From Candidatus Omnitrophica bacterium UBA6253 (GTDB lineage: Bacteria > Omnitrophota > Gorgyraeia > Gygaellales > Profunditerraquicolaceae): a stretch of 64,000 nucleotides of DNA. The stretch spans positions 260,255-324,254 of the forward strand of contig DJVP01000012.1 of NCBI GenBank assembly GCA_002441245.1, read 5' to 3'. Positions 38,885-49,362 of the stretch are shown piece after piece. A model generated the notes under the pieces. The model made no database searches. It was not told where the DNA came from and was given only the letters and a program-made list of their open reading frames with translations. Every line of letters begins with the position of its first letter. The stretch's first letter is position 1. The position numbers were made by a program, and so were the translations under genes.

Positions 38885-40573
38885 TTAACCACAATACTTA
38901 TTGGTGATCGGCATACGCCTATCCCGGCCAAAGGCTTTAGGCGTGATCTTTATTCCCGGAGGAGACTGTCTGCGCTTATACTCATTCTTATCTACCATAC
39001 CTATAGTCTTATTAACTATTTCTTTATCAAAACCTAAAGAAATAATCTTCGCTAAAGATTTATCTTCTTCAACATAAGCCTTTAGGATCGCATCCAGTAT
39101 TTCATAAGGAGGTAATGTATCCTGATCCAACTGATTCGGCTTAAGTTCGGCAGTAGGCGCTTTTGTAAATACGCGCTCAGGAATAACCTGGTGCAGAGAA
39201 TTCCTGTATACGGCTAATTTATAAACTAATGTCTTGGGCACATCTTTTATTACGGCAAGGCCACCGGCCATGTCGCCGTAAAGAGTAGCATAACCAGTGC
39301 TCATCTCTGATTTATTCCCGGTAGCCAAAACCAACCAACCGAATTTATTGGAAAAGGCCATCATAATATTGCCTCTTATGCGTGCCTGCAGGTTCTCTTC
39401 TGCCGTATCCCTTCCTAAGCCTGCAAAATGCGGTTCAAGCACCAATAGATAAAATCTGAATATTGGTTCAATAGAGATAGTAACGAATTTAATCCCTAAA
39501 TTTTTAGCAAGCGCCGTAGCGTCTTCCTGCGACTGGCTGCAAGTATAACGTGAGGGCATAAATACACCGGTAACATTTTCATTACCCAGGGCATCAACCG
39601 CCAAAGCCCCAACAAGAGAAGAATCAATCCCCCCGCTCAAACCGATTACAGCTTTTTGGAAACCGTTTTTAACTACGTAATCCTTTACCCCCAGAACCAA
39701 TGCCTGATAAACCTCTGCTACAGGTTCTAAAACCTTGGGCTTCTGCGGAATAACTAAACCTGTCTTTGGCGTTGAGAGCAGATTAGCAATTTTAATTACT
39801 TTCTTAGGATGCTTGAGCCTACTTACAGGAATACCTAAATCACGAATTAATAAATCTTCGGCAAAAGCCTTAGCCCTGGCTAGTATCCTGCCTTTGTTAT
39901 CAACTATCATGCTCTGGCCGTCAAATATCAGCTCATCCTGGCCACCAACGAGGTTAGCGTAAACAACGAATACGTCGTTAGTTTTAGCCTGCTTAGCGAT
40001 AACCGCCTGCCTTTCTTTAAATTTAGTCGCGTAATAAGGAGAGGCATTGATATTAAGGATTAATTTTGAACCCGCAGCCGCTTGCGACTTTGTCGGCCCC
40101 TCAGGATGCCAGATATCCTCACAGATATTTACTCCGAAGATAAAATCGCTAAGACCAAAAACCAGCGATTTATCCCCGGAGGAAAAATAACGCTGCTCAT
40201 CAAAGACTCCGTAATTAGGTAAGAAATTCTTACGGTACACCCCTTTGATTTGCCCATTATGGATTATTGCCGCGGCATTGTATGCTTTTTTGAATTCGCC
40301 ATCAGCAAAGCCCACAACCGCAACGATATCGCCATTAATAGTTTTTGTTAAATTCTTCAGGATATTGACATTATCGCTGATAAATTTCGGCTTTAACAAG
40401 AGGTCTTCGGGAGGATATCCGCAAAGCGCCAATTCAGGAAAACAGATTATATCTGTGCCGTAATTTTTTGCTTCTTCAATATACCGGCTGATTTTAACGG
40501 CATTTCCATGCAGGTCGCCAACAGTAGAATTTACCTGCGCAATTGCTACGCGCAACGAATTTTTATCTTTCAT
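38885..40573 (-). CDS. nadE: Glutamine-dependent NAD+ synthetase (N-terminal nitrilase domain plus C-terminal NAD synthetase domain)
   Basis: 562 aa. CN-hydrolase domain (CFPELALCGYPPEDL, NICEDIWHPE) and PP-loop GLSGGIDSS. Confidence 0.9.
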   Translation of the reverse strand: MKDKNSLRVAIAQVNSTVGDLHGNAVKISRYIEEAKNYGTDIICFPELALCGYPPEDLLLKPKFISDNVNILKNLTKTINGDIVAVVGFADGEFKKAYNAAAIIHNGQIKGVYRKNFLPNYGVFDEQRYFSSGDKSLVFGLSDFIFGVNICEDIWHPEGPTKSQAAAGSKLILNINASPYYATKFKERQAVIAKQAKTNDVFVVYANLVGGQDELIFDGQSMIVDNKGRILARAKAFAEDLLIRDLGIPVSRLKHPKKVIKIANLLSTPKTGLVIPQKPKVLEPVAEVYQALVLGVKDYVVKNGFQKAVIGLSGGIDSSLVGALAVDALGNENVTGVFMPSRYTCSQSQEDATALAKNLGIKFVTISIEPIFRFYLLVLEPHFAGLGRDTAEENLQARIRGNIMMAFSNKFGWLVLATGNKSEMSTGYATLYGDMAGGLAVIKDVPKTLVYKLAVYRNSLHQVIPERVFTKAPTAELKPNQLDQDTLPPYEILDAILKAYVEEDKSLAKIISLGFDKEIVNKTIGMVDKNEYKRRQSPPGIKITPKAFGRDRRMPITNKYCG

Positions 40574-41295
40574 TTCTTCTTGGCTCTTATATCTTTAGCC
40601 AAAATAATTGCTTCGGCTACTTCACGCATGGATTTACGCATATCCATGCTTTGTTTTTGAATTAAACGGTAGGCCTCGGAAGACGGGATATTCGCATCTT
40701 GTGAAAGTATATCCTTTGCCCTCTCAACCAGCTTACGCGTAGTTAATGCCTCCTCGGCAGAACGAACGCGCAAGTCTAACTCCGCATTCTCAATAGCAAT
40801 GGCTGCCTGGTTGGCTAAAGCAGTCAAAAGGTCCAATTCATGTTTAGAGAATTTGTGTTTTTTAGAAGTATAACAATTTAATACTCCGATAACCCTGCCC
40901 CTTACCGCCAGGGGCACACAAGCCAAAGAACACAGTTTTTCTTTATTGGCGACGTCCTGGTTTAAATAGCGATGGTCAGTCTTTACATCTAGGACACAGA
41001 TCGCCTTGTTATCTTGGGCCGCTACACCGGCAATACCCTCTCCTAAAACAATATTCGCTTTTTTATTGTATGCCTCGGATATCGACTGAGTAGCCTTAAC
41101 TACTAACTCTTTTTTATCTGGGTCTAACAGCATTAAAGAAGAAATCTTGGAATTCATAATCTCGGCGGTGACCTGAACCACCAAACGCAATAATTCTTCA
41201 AGATACATCCCGGAGGTAATTAAATTAGCAACCTTGGAAATTGCCTCAATCTGCTTTACATAAACCTGGAAACTATCTTTTTTCTTAACCGTCAT
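40570..41295 (-). CDS. GAF-ANTAR RNA-binding antiterminator-type regulator (NasT/AmiR-like output domain)
   Basis: 241 aa. N-terminal GAF domain (about residues 20-170). The C-terminal ANTAR domain (TTRKLVERAKDILSQDANIPSSEAYRLIQKQSMDMRKSMREVAEAIILA) has the conserved KxxL...EAY pattern. Its stop overlaps the nadE start by 4 nt. Confidence 0.75.
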   Translation of the reverse strand: MTVKKKDSFQVYVKQIEAISKVANLITSGMYLEELLRLVVQVTAEIMNSKISSLMLLDPDKKELVVKATQSISEAYNKKANIVLGEGIAGVAAQDNKAICVLDVKTDHRYLNQDVANKEKLCSLACVPLAVRGRVIGVLNCYTSKKHKFSKHELDLLTALANQAAIAIENAELDLRVRSAEEALTTRKLVERAKDILSQDANIPSSEAYRLIQKQSMDMRKSMREVAEAIILAKDIRAKKK

Positions 41296-42446
41296 TATTT
41301 CCTCTTTTCTAGAAACCTTTTTAACCTGACCAAGGCTTCTTTTAAACTATCAAAACTAGAAGCATAAGAAATCCTGATATAACCTTCACCACAAGAACCA
41401 AAAGCTGTCCCTGGGACAACTGCAACTTTCTCCTCTTCCAATAATTTACGCGAGAAATCCATAGAAGACAAACCTGTGCATTTTATCGAAGGAAAAATAT
41501 AAAAAGCCCCCTGGGGACGCGAACATTTTAACCCAAGAGCATTTAACTCTGCCACCATAAAAAGACGTCTGCGGTTGTATTCACGCTTCATCTGTTCTAC
41601 TGATCTTTTGCTATTGACCAATGCCTCCGCAGCCGCCATTTGGCTGGTAATGGGCACACACATAATCGTATATTGATGGATTTTAGTCATTGCGGCAATA
41701 ATCTCTTTCGGCCCGCAGGCAAAACCTACACGCCAGCCGGTCATCGCGTGAGACTTGGAGAACCCGTTAAAATAAACTGTATTTTTCTTTGCGCCCGTTA
41801 ATGTTGGAAAGGCAGTATGCATAAAATCATAAGTCAAGTCTCCGTAAACTTCATCACTAATACAAAGTATTTTATGCTTTAATAAATATTTGTTTATATC
41901 CACTAACTCCTTGCAACGATATGAAACACCAGTAGGGTTAATAGGGTAATTTAAAACAATACCTTTGGTTTTTTTATCAATATATTTTTCCAAAAGTTTG
42001 GGTGTTATTTTAAATCCGTCTTTTGAAGTATCGATATAAACCGGCACCCCTCTTGCAAGTTCCGTAACCGGACCGTATGAAACATAACTGGGCTGAGGGA
42101 TCAATATCTTATCGCCCGGGTTAATTATTGCCCGCAGGAGAAGATCCAGGCCTTCGCTTACTCCTACAGTAATTAATATTTCTTCATCCGGGCAATAATC
42201 AAGAGCATATTTATTCTTTAAATAACGGTGTATGCCCAAACGTAGTTTATAGAGACCTTTGTTTGAGGTATAGCTGGTAAACCCCTGCTCAAGAGAATAT
42301 ATACCTGCTTCGCGAATCTGCCACGGAGTGACAAAATCCGGCTCACCTACGCCTAACGATATGACTTCCTTCATTCCCAGCACCAAGTCAAAGAATGCAC
42401 GGATTCCGGATGGCTGCATTTTCTCTACAATTCTCGATATTTGCAT
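41295..42446 (-). CDS. Pyridoxal-phosphate-dependent class I/II aminotransferase, aspartate-aminotransferase-like
   Basis: 383 aa. The PLP-lysine region SFSKSHAMTGWRVG is typical of AspC-family enzymes. Confidence 0.8.
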   Translation of the reverse strand: MQISRIVEKMQPSGIRAFFDLVLGMKEVISLGVGEPDFVTPWQIREAGIYSLEQGFTSYTSNKGLYKLRLGIHRYLKNKYALDYCPDEEILITVGVSEGLDLLLRAIINPGDKILIPQPSYVSYGPVTELARGVPVYIDTSKDGFKITPKLLEKYIDKKTKGIVLNYPINPTGVSYRCKELVDINKYLLKHKILCISDEVYGDLTYDFMHTAFPTLTGAKKNTVYFNGFSKSHAMTGWRVGFACGPKEIIAAMTKIHQYTIMCVPITSQMAAAEALVNSKRSVEQMKREYNRRRLFMVAELNALGLKCSRPQGAFYIFPSIKCTGLSSMDFSRKLLEEEKVAVVPGTAFGSCGEGYIRISYASSFDSLKEALVRLKRFLEKRK

Positions 42447-42458
42447 TTTATTATTAAG

Positions 42459-42944
42459 TTAATACGATATTGCTATTCTTTTGTTTTCAGATTTGTGCTT
42501 TAAGATAACTCCATCTTCCTTGTATTTCTTTAATAAGAAATGTGTAGCCGTGCCGCGCACATTTTCCAGACAAGAAAGCTTCTCCGCAACAAAGTTAGAA
42601 ACCGTATGCAGATTTTTACCTTCCACAACTACCAATAAATCATATGTCCCACTAATTAAATAACAACTGGTTACCTCGGGAAAAGAATAGATGCGCTCGG
42701 CAATCTTATCAAAACCCAGATCCTTCTGGGGAATGATATTTACTTCAATTAAAGCCCTGACCTCAGATTCATTATCTTTGATCAAATCTTTATTGATCAC
42801 TGCTTTATATTTTAAGATCGCGCCCTCTTTCTCATACCTTTTAATTGTTTTTTTTACCTCATCCGGTTTTTTACGGATCATTTTTGCGATATCCTCCACG
42901 CTTGCCCGGCCGTCTTTTTCTAAAATTTCTAAGATTTCATCCAT
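42459..42944 (-). CDS. lrp: Lrp/AsnC family transcriptional regulator
   Basis: 161 aa. N-terminal HTH (ILEILEKDGRASVEDIAKMI) plus a RAM ligand-binding domain. Confidence 0.85.
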   Translation of the reverse strand: MDEILEILEKDGRASVEDIAKMIRKKPDEVKKTIKRYEKEGAILKYKAVINKDLIKDNESEVRALIEVNIIPQKDLGFDKIAERIYSFPEVTSCYLISGTYDLLVVVEGKNLHTVSNFVAEKLSCLENVRGTATHFLLKKYKEDGVILKHKSENKRIAISY

Positions 42945-43058
42945 TTTAGCTCCTTTTGCTATAATTGTGCCACTGAAAGATTAACTTATATTAGTTGGCG
43001 GATATTGAATGGATTATATACCACTAAATTCGGAGGGTCAAGGAGATATATTAACTAT

Positions 43059-43727
43059 CTACTTTAGTTCTTCAGGATGATGCTTAACCACTTTAGCTTC
43101 TACCATATAAATTACATCTTCGGCAATATTAGTAGCATGATCACAAATACGCTCTAAATATCTGGCGATGAGCAATAATGCCACGGCCCGGTCTGCGGTT
43201 TTCGGATCGCACGCCAAATATTCATTAATCAACTCATCCTGCACCAGGTTACGCAACCTATCTGCTTCGGCATCTGCCAGGGCTACTTTTCTAGCAAGCT
43301 GGGCATCTCTTTTTATAAATGCATCGATGGCATCTCCTACCATATCCTGAGAAACCTGAGAAAGCTTAGGAATATCCACTAATGGCTTAAGCAACGGTTT
43401 TTCCATCAGGACTAACGATCTTTGCGAGATATCCACGGCAATATCGGCAATGCGCTCCAATTCCGTATTGATCTTCATCCCGGTAGTAATATATCTTAAG
43501 TCCCCTGCCATTGGTTGATAAAGAGCAATCAGGTCAATACATTTCTCGTCTATTACCAACTCTAGCTCATCAATCTTATTATCGGTATTAATAACATCTT
43601 GGGCCAGGTATTTGTCACGGCTTCTTAATGATTCAATGGATTTAAAAATTGATTCCTGCACAGACACCGCCATTTTTAAAATATCCCTATGCAATTCTTT
43701 TAATTCTTCATCTAAATGCCTTAACAT
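43059..43727 (-). CDS. phoU: Phosphate signalling complex protein PhoU
   Basis: 222 aa with two PhoU repeats (ExxxDxxxD-like RIADIAVDI and RICDHATNIAED). Directly downstream of pstB. Confidence 0.88.
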   Translation of the reverse strand: MLRHLDEELKELHRDILKMAVSVQESIFKSIESLRSRDKYLAQDVINTDNKIDELELVIDEKCIDLIALYQPMAGDLRYITTGMKINTELERIADIAVDISQRSLVLMEKPLLKPLVDIPKLSQVSQDMVGDAIDAFIKRDAQLARKVALADAEADRLRNLVQDELINEYLACDPKTADRAVALLLIARYLERICDHATNIAEDVIYMVEAKVVKHHPEELK

Positions 43728-43821
43728 TTTGAGTACCTCCTGTTTTTATCCAGTGCATCTTGATAAATAAAAACCTCGCTATATTGATTAGGGCGTGCAT
43801 ACTTGCTGCACGAAATCATAC

Positions 43822-44583
43822 TTAACCGTATCTACCAGTAATATAATCCTCTGTCCTTTTTTCCTTAGGGCTGGTGAAGATATCCTGAGTCTTGCCAAAT
43901 TCCACTAATTCACCTAAAAGGAAAAACCCCGTATAATCAGATACTCGAGCCGCCTGTTGCATATTATGCGTAACAATCACGATAGAATAATCCTTCTTTA
44001 ACTCCAGTATCAACTCTTCTATTTTAGCAGTCGATATAGGGTCAAGGCTTGCACAAGGTTCATCAAACAAGATTACTTCAGTTTCTACCGCCAGGCACCT
44101 GGCAATACATAAACGCTGTTGTTGTCCTCCAGATAATTTTAAAGCACTGTCATTGAGCCTGCATTTTACCTCATCCCAGATAACTGCTTTTTTTAAAGAA
44201 TCCTCGACCTTCTGCTCAATGAATGCCTTATCCTTTATGCCGTTCACTTTTAAACCATAACTTATATTCTCAAATATACTCTTGGGGAAAGGATTGGGTT
44301 TCTGAAAAACCATCCCCACTCTTCTCCTGATATCAACGGCATCGACCAGCGGGCTGTTAATTTCTAAATCATCAAGAAAAATCTTACCGTGAAGAATAGT
44401 ATGCGGGACAAGTTCATTCATACGGTTAAATAAACGAATAAAGGTTGACTTACCGCAACCCGATGGCCCGATCATCGCCGTGACCTTGTTCGCATAAATA
44501 TCAAGGCTTACATTATTTAACGCCTGATTTTTCCCGTAGAAAAAATCTACGTTTTTTGCCTGCATTTTTACGTTATTATCCAT
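43822..44583 (-). CDS. pstB: Phosphate ABC transporter ATP-binding protein
   Basis: Start taken at [18 protein letters not shown] after AGAGGGG. The track's longer N-terminus overlaps pstA and is rejected. Walker [10 protein letters not shown] and signature LSGGQQQR. Confidence 0.9.
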   Translation of the reverse strand: MDNNVKMQAKNVDFFYGKNQALNNVSLDIYANKVTAMIGPSGCGKSTFIRLFNRMNELVPHTILHGKIFLDDLEINSPLVDAVDIRRRVGMVFQKPNPFPKSIFENISYGLKVNGIKDKAFIEQKVEDSLKKAVIWDEVKCRLNDSALKLSGGQQQRLCIARCLAVETEVILFDEPCASLDPISTAKIEELILELKKDYSIVIVTHNMQQAARVSDYTGFFLLGELVEFGKTQDIFTSPKEKRTEDYITGRYG

Positions 44584-45424
44584 ACAAACCCCTCTTTCTT
44601 TGCCGCAAGAATATAGCAACCCCCGAAATAAATAAAACCAGCAATAAAAGCACCAAGCTACACCCATAAGCGATTGCTCTTTGCTCATCAGGATGCGCTC
44701 CTTCGGTCATAAGCGCATAGATATGATATGGCAAAACCATAACTTCAGAAAATACGGATTTAGGATAACCGCGGGTATAAAAAGCTGCGGCGGTAAACAA
44801 GATCGGAGCAGTCTCACCTGCCACTCTGCCAATACTTAAGATTACCCCGGTAAGAATACCAGGCAAAGCTGAAGGCAAAACAACATTCTTGATTGTTCCC
44901 CATTTCGTTGCGCCCAAAGACAATGAAGCCTCCCTGATTGAATGCGGAACAGCTAAAAGCGCCTCTTGTGCTGATGAAATAATTATAGGAAGAGCAAGGA
45001 TGCCCAAAGTTAGGCTGCCGGAAAGGATCGATACCCCAAACCCGAGAAATTTAACAAATACCGCAAGGCCAAATAAACCAAAAACAACCGACGGTACTCC
45101 GGCCAGGTTATTTATGCTAATTCTAATAATATTTACCACAATGCTCTTAGGGGAATACTCGCAGAGGTAAATTGCACAAGCGAGCCCAAGCGGCAAAGCA
45201 AATATAATTGCCCCTAGGGTAATATAAAATGTTCCTGTTATTACAGGAGCAATTCCACCTTTAGTCATAGCCGAATACGGTACTTTAGTAAGAAAATCCC
45301 AGTTTAATACTCCAAATCCGCGCGCGGCAATAAAATATATGATTGAACCCAAGGCTAAAAGAGTAATAACCATACAAAAAAATAAGCCAAAGAATCCAAT
45401 ATTCTGAGAAAATTCTTTTTTCAT
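44576..45424 (-). CDS. pstA: Phosphate ABC transporter permease PstA
   Basis: 282 aa with six transmembrane helices and the EAA-like loop. Its position is right for PstA. Confidence 0.88.
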   Translation of the reverse strand: MKKEFSQNIGFFGLFFCMVITLLALGSIIYFIAARGFGVLNWDFLTKVPYSAMTKGGIAPVITGTFYITLGAIIFALPLGLACAIYLCEYSPKSIVVNIIRISINNLAGVPSVVFGLFGLAVFVKFLGFGVSILSGSLTLGILALPIIISSAQEALLAVPHSIREASLSLGATKWGTIKNVVLPSALPGILTGVILSIGRVAGETAPILFTAAAFYTRGYPKSVFSEVMVLPYHIYALMTEGAHPDEQRAIAYGCSLVLLLLVLFISGVAIFLRQRKRGLYG

Positions 45425-46344
45425 CCGCTTAACCCCAGTTTTATCCTGAAACGCCGGCTGATTATCTCAGCGATAACGTTAAATAAAAACGTAATTACAA
45501 ATAATATGAGCGCAATAGCAAAAAGCGCATGATAATGGTTGCCGCCCATAGGTGCCTCCCCCATCTCCGCGGCAATTGCCGCAGTCATCGGCCTCACCGG
45601 CTCTAAGAAGGTATGCGGTATAACTGCCGCGCCTCCGGCAACCATTAATACAGTCATAGTCTCACCAACCGCCCTGCTCATCCCTAAAATTATGGCTGTA
45701 GATATCCCTGAACCTGCTGCAGGAATTACTACCCGAGTCAAAGTTTGCCAGCGGGTTGCGCCTACGGCAAAAGATGCCTCACGAAATGCATTTGGGACAT
45801 AATTTAACGCATCTTCCGCAATACTGCATACCGTAGGAATAGCCATGACTCCAAGAATGATACTGGCATTTAAAGCAGTTAAACCAGTAGGTAAATGGAA
45901 TACCTTCTGTAGAAAAGGGGTAAGTATAACCATGCCAAAAAAACCAAAAACTACCGAAGGGATGCTGGCTAGCAACTCAATGACCGGCTTCAAGATTGCT
46001 TTTTGAGCAGGACCCGCCAATTCATTCAAATAAAGCGCGCTGCCCACCCCCAGGGGGACACAAATTATCATTGCGCCCAAAGTGACCCAAACAGAAGCTA
46101 AGATTAAGGGTAGAATTCCAAATTCTGCCGGGTTATAAGTAGGATACCAATAGCGGCCGAAAATAAATTTTAGAAAGCTTACTTCCTTAAATATTGGCAG
46201 CCCCTCCTTAATAAGTACCAGCACAATGCCCACCAAAAAGAAAAGCGAGGCAAAGGCAAGGATGGTAAAAATCCCTTTATACAGTTTTTCTTTAAAATGA
46301 AGTTTTTTCATAACAGGAGTGATGGCGCAGCAGGGTAAACCCAC
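45421..46344 (-). CDS. pstC: Phosphate ABC transporter permease PstC
   Basis: 307 aa with six transmembrane helices. Its position is right for PstC. Confidence 0.88.
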   Translation of the reverse strand: MGLPCCAITPVMKKLHFKEKLYKGIFTILAFASLFFLVGIVLVLIKEGLPIFKEVSFLKFIFGRYWYPTYNPAEFGILPLILASVWVTLGAMIICVPLGVGSALYLNELAGPAQKAILKPVIELLASIPSVVFGFFGMVILTPFLQKVFHLPTGLTALNASIILGVMAIPTVCSIAEDALNYVPNAFREASFAVGATRWQTLTRVVIPAAGSGISTAIILGMSRAVGETMTVLMVAGGAAVIPHTFLEPVRPMTAAIAAEMGEAPMGGNHYHALFAIALILFVITFLFNVIAEIISRRFRIKLGLSG

Positions 46345-46375
46345 CGCGCCATCTTAGGATTAGTAAGTAAACGCT

Positions 46376-47221
46376 TTATTTTTTCTCCTTTAACCCCACA
46401 AAGCCTTCCTCTTCAACTATCTTTTGACCTTCATCACTTAGGATAAAATCAATATACTCCTTGACTAACCCCTGGGGCTTTCCATTAGTATACATAAAAA
46501 GCGGCCGGGTAACCGGATATTTTCCAGAGACAACCGCATCTTTTGAAGGCATCACCCCGTTTATTTCAATTCCTTTTACCGAAGATGAAAGGAATCCCAG
46601 CCCCACATAACCTATGGCTCCCGGCGTACCGCTAACAGTAGTTGCGACTGCCTGGTTAGATGCCTGCATCAAAGCATCAGAGCGGGTTTTATTGCCTTCC
46701 AATACTAATGTAAGAAAAGCCTCAAACGTGCCGCTTGAAGTATCACGGGAAATAACCACGATCTTCTCGTCGCTACCGCCTAACTGCAACCAGTTAGATA
46801 TGCCCCCCATAAAAATATCCTTTACCTGTCTTTTGCTTAACTTACTAATGCTATTTGCCGGATTAACTATCACTGCCAAACCGTCCATGGCAACTATATT
46901 AGCTGTGGCATCAACGCCGTTAGTTACCGCTTTATCCAATTCCGTGTCTTTGATCGGACGGGAAGAAGCGGCGATATCACAATTTTTGTCTAATAATGAC
47001 GCTATGCCCACGCCTGAGCCGCCGCCGCGTACTGAAATATTAGCGCCGGGATTATTATCCATATAAACTTCTGCTGCCTTTTGAGCAATGGGAAGCACGG
47101 TAGTTGAGCCCTCAACAACAATTTTCTCAGCATAACACGGGAAAACGATACCTAAAACCAGCGCTCCTAATATTATTAATTTTGCAAATTTCATCTCGAC
47201 CCCTCCTTTAAATAATTGCAC
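46376..47221 (-). CDS. pstS: Phosphate-binding periplasmic protein PstS
   Basis: 281 aa. Signal peptide plus the PBP fold (SGSGTFEAF-like SSGTFEAF). Confidence 0.88.
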   Translation of the reverse strand: MQLFKGGVEMKFAKLIILGALVLGIVFPCYAEKIVVEGSTTVLPIAQKAAEVYMDNNPGANISVRGGGSGVGIASLLDKNCDIAASSRPIKDTELDKAVTNGVDATANIVAMDGLAVIVNPANSISKLSKRQVKDIFMGGISNWLQLGGSDEKIVVISRDTSSGTFEAFLTLVLEGNKTRSDALMQASNQAVATTVSGTPGAIGYVGLGFLSSSVKGIEINGVMPSKDAVVSGKYPVTRPLFMYTNGKPQGLVKEYIDFILSDEGQKIVEEEGFVGLKEKK

Positions 47222-47224
47222 TCA

Positions 47225-48511
47225 TCAAAACTTCATGTTGAAATCAACCTGGGCTAAAGTTTCGGGCTGCGCCCCCTTGCTGCCATTTATCCCATTTATA
47301 CCCCATGAACGGTATACATCAAGACTAAGCCAGACATTTTTACCTAAACCATAACCAAAGGAACCTTCATGGCTCCTGATGCCTGTTTTACCGCTATAGC
47401 GGTCAGAATCAGGCAATATATCAAGCACTGCATCCTTACCAAGCATGGCATATATATATTTAAATTGCCAATCACCCCATTTCTCGATTTTTTCATTGCC
47501 AAGCTGAAACCCTAAGGAAAAACCGGTATTTTTATCTGAGACATCCAGATTATTTACATATTCACCAAAAAACTTTAAAGATTCAACATTAAATCCAAAA
47601 GCCTTAAAAGGCTGCATAATCTTAAACTCTAATGCCGGATTGAGCATTGCGTAATTATAGGCATAGTTCCCGGTAGTAGCAGAACTACTGTTATATTTAG
47701 TGTTATAACCTTTATCATAACTCGAAGGGGTCTGGTCTTTAACATCAAATGAAGAATAGGAAACAGCTCCTTTTAATGAAAAGGTATCATTAAATTTGTA
47801 ACTTGCTCCCGGTTGGATAAGAAACGCCGAGGCCCCGGAAGTTGATGTAGAATCAGTTTGGACAACCAGAAATCCGCCATTCATAAATACTGAGGCCTGC
47901 GGGTTTAAAGCCTTATTTAATCCAAAAGCAACACCTTCGGGATTTATATCCGTGTCCCAGACCAAGTCAGTTGGCTCCCAAAATATATCACCAGGAAGCA
48001 TCTTGCCACCAACAAGTTTTAACCAGGGTAATGGCATATATTTACCATAAGCATAATCCAACACAAGCTGCTTTTTAGAATTGTAATCGCCAAAGGAGAT
48101 ATTTGTAGAACGCGGATCTCCGCTTCCGGTAGCTATACCAATCCCTGCTATGACCTTATCGTTTATCTTGCTTTCTATGCCAAGCCGCATACGCACACGG
48201 CCGATATTTACATCTTTTTGGATATCATTAGTATTTTTCTCATGCTGGTTTTGATACCTTAACCGCAGATCGCCTTTAAACTTGATATTCTGCACCCAGG
48301 CGGGCAGGGAAGAAAACTTACCCTGGGCAATTTCTTTCTTTACCTGCTCCTGGGTTTCGGTTTTAACCTGTTGCGCTTCTGAGCCAGTTAAAACACCCTT
48401 TTCCACTAATTTTTGTAATAATAGGTCAATTTCTCCCGCGCAAGAAGCTTGGACACCTAAGCTCATCAAGCAAAAACTCACCATCAGGACTGCAATAAAC
48501 AACCTCTTCAT
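47225..48511 (-). CDS. Outer-membrane beta-barrel porin upstream of pstS, possibly phosphate-selective (OprO/OprP-like)
   Basis: 428 aa. Signal peptide, N-terminal coiled-coil segment, alternating beta-strand pattern, terminal ...VDFNMKF. Its function is inferred only from the pst context. Confidence 0.5.
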   Translation of the reverse strand: MKRLFIAVLMVSFCLMSLGVQASCAGEIDLLLQKLVEKGVLTGSEAQQVKTETQEQVKKEIAQGKFSSLPAWVQNIKFKGDLRLRYQNQHEKNTNDIQKDVNIGRVRMRLGIESKINDKVIAGIGIATGSGDPRSTNISFGDYNSKKQLVLDYAYGKYMPLPWLKLVGGKMLPGDIFWEPTDLVWDTDINPEGVAFGLNKALNPQASVFMNGGFLVVQTDSTSTSGASAFLIQPGASYKFNDTFSLKGAVSYSSFDVKDQTPSSYDKGYNTKYNSSSATTGNYAYNYAMLNPALEFKIMQPFKAFGFNVESLKFFGEYVNNLDVSDKNTGFSLGFQLGNEKIEKWGDWQFKYIYAMLGKDAVLDILPDSDRYSGKTGIRSHEGSFGYGLGKNVWLSLDVYRSWGINGINGSKGAQPETLAQVDFNMKF

Positions 48512-48529
48512 CTCTCCTCCTCCTTTTTG

Positions 48530-48718
48530 TTAATTATCCATGCACAACTTGCGTATCTGGCGTAAATTCAACTCTATTTCTTTTAATGAATCACTGGCGC
48601 ATTCTCCATCAACCAATCTCTCTTCCTCTATATTATTTAAGATGTTGCTCAACCTGCCTAACTGGCTCCTGAGATTACTGGCTAAGAAATCCTTGCGAAT
48701 AGCAGACATGGCATTCAT
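48530..48718 (-). CDS. Hypothetical small helical protein (62 aa)
   Basis: The ORF lies between the receiver gene and the porin gene on the coding strand. I recognise no motif. Confidence 0.25.
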   Translation of the reverse strand: MNAMSAIRKDFLASNLRSQLGRLSNILNNIEEERLVDGECASDSLKEIELNLRQIRKLCMDN

Positions 48719-48811
48719 TTTCTCAACCCTCCTTTCTGTATACCGCTATTAATATTACATTCTTCATATTGATTCTAAATTAAGCAGAGGTAAAATCTGC
48801 GTAAAGCCTGT

Positions 48812-49216
48812 CTAGCCATTTTCTACCACATACTCTTTATCCAAAGATGCGCAAATTTCTTTTACCGCGCTCAATAGGTTTGCCAGGTTAAAAGGCTTAG
48901 TTAAATAACAATCCGCTCCAAGTAAATGGGCATATAGTTTATCCTGCTCACGGCATTTAGCACTGATTACCACAATAAACGATCTATAATATCTGGGGTC
49001 ATCTTTTATCTGCCGGCAAATATCAAAACCATTTATACCGGGAAGCATAATATCCAAAATAATAAGGTTAAAAACATCCTCTTTAATCCTTTGTATGGCA
49101 CTTACGCCATCAAAGACTTGCTCGACCGTAAAACCTTCTTTACCTAAATTATAGGCTAGAAGGTTATTTATATCCTCGTCATCTTCTACAATAATAATTT
49201 TCTTATCATTAGTCAT
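48812..49216 (-). CDS. Stand-alone response-regulator receiver domain (CheY-like)
   Basis: 134 aa with IIIVEDDEDIN, LIILDIMLPGINGF and SAKCREQD. No output domain. Confidence 0.8.
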   Translation of the reverse strand: MTNDKKIIIVEDDEDINNLLAYNLGKEGFTVEQVFDGVSAIQRIKEDVFNLIILDIMLPGINGFDICRQIKDDPRYYRSFIVVISAKCREQDKLYAHLLGADCYLTKPFNLANLLSAVKEICASLDKEYVVENG

Positions 49217-49300
49217 TGGACCATCCCCGGGGTAATGTTAATTATAGTTGGAGTATAAAACAAGATGGTTAAATCTGCCGCAAGGATAGGTAAAATTTGA

Positions 49301-49333
49301 GTAAAATAAAAACGCCCCTTTTAAGGGCGTTTC
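49301..49333 (-). terminator. Rho-independent terminator after phoR
   Basis: Minus strand: AACGCCC-UUAAAAG-GGGCGUU followed by UUUUAUUUUAC. Confidence 0.6.
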
Positions 49334-49362
49334 AGTTAATTAACAGCTTACTAATTAGTAAT

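Noticed and set aside
44584-44688. N-terminal extensions of the pstB track ORF. The same reasoning applies to phoB (53589-53636), the coiled-coil protein (60790-60960) and glnK (35694-35735).
   Set aside because: The extensions overlap the preceding gene's 3' end, lack an RBS, and contain atypical sequence. Internal starts with an RBS give canonical N-termini.
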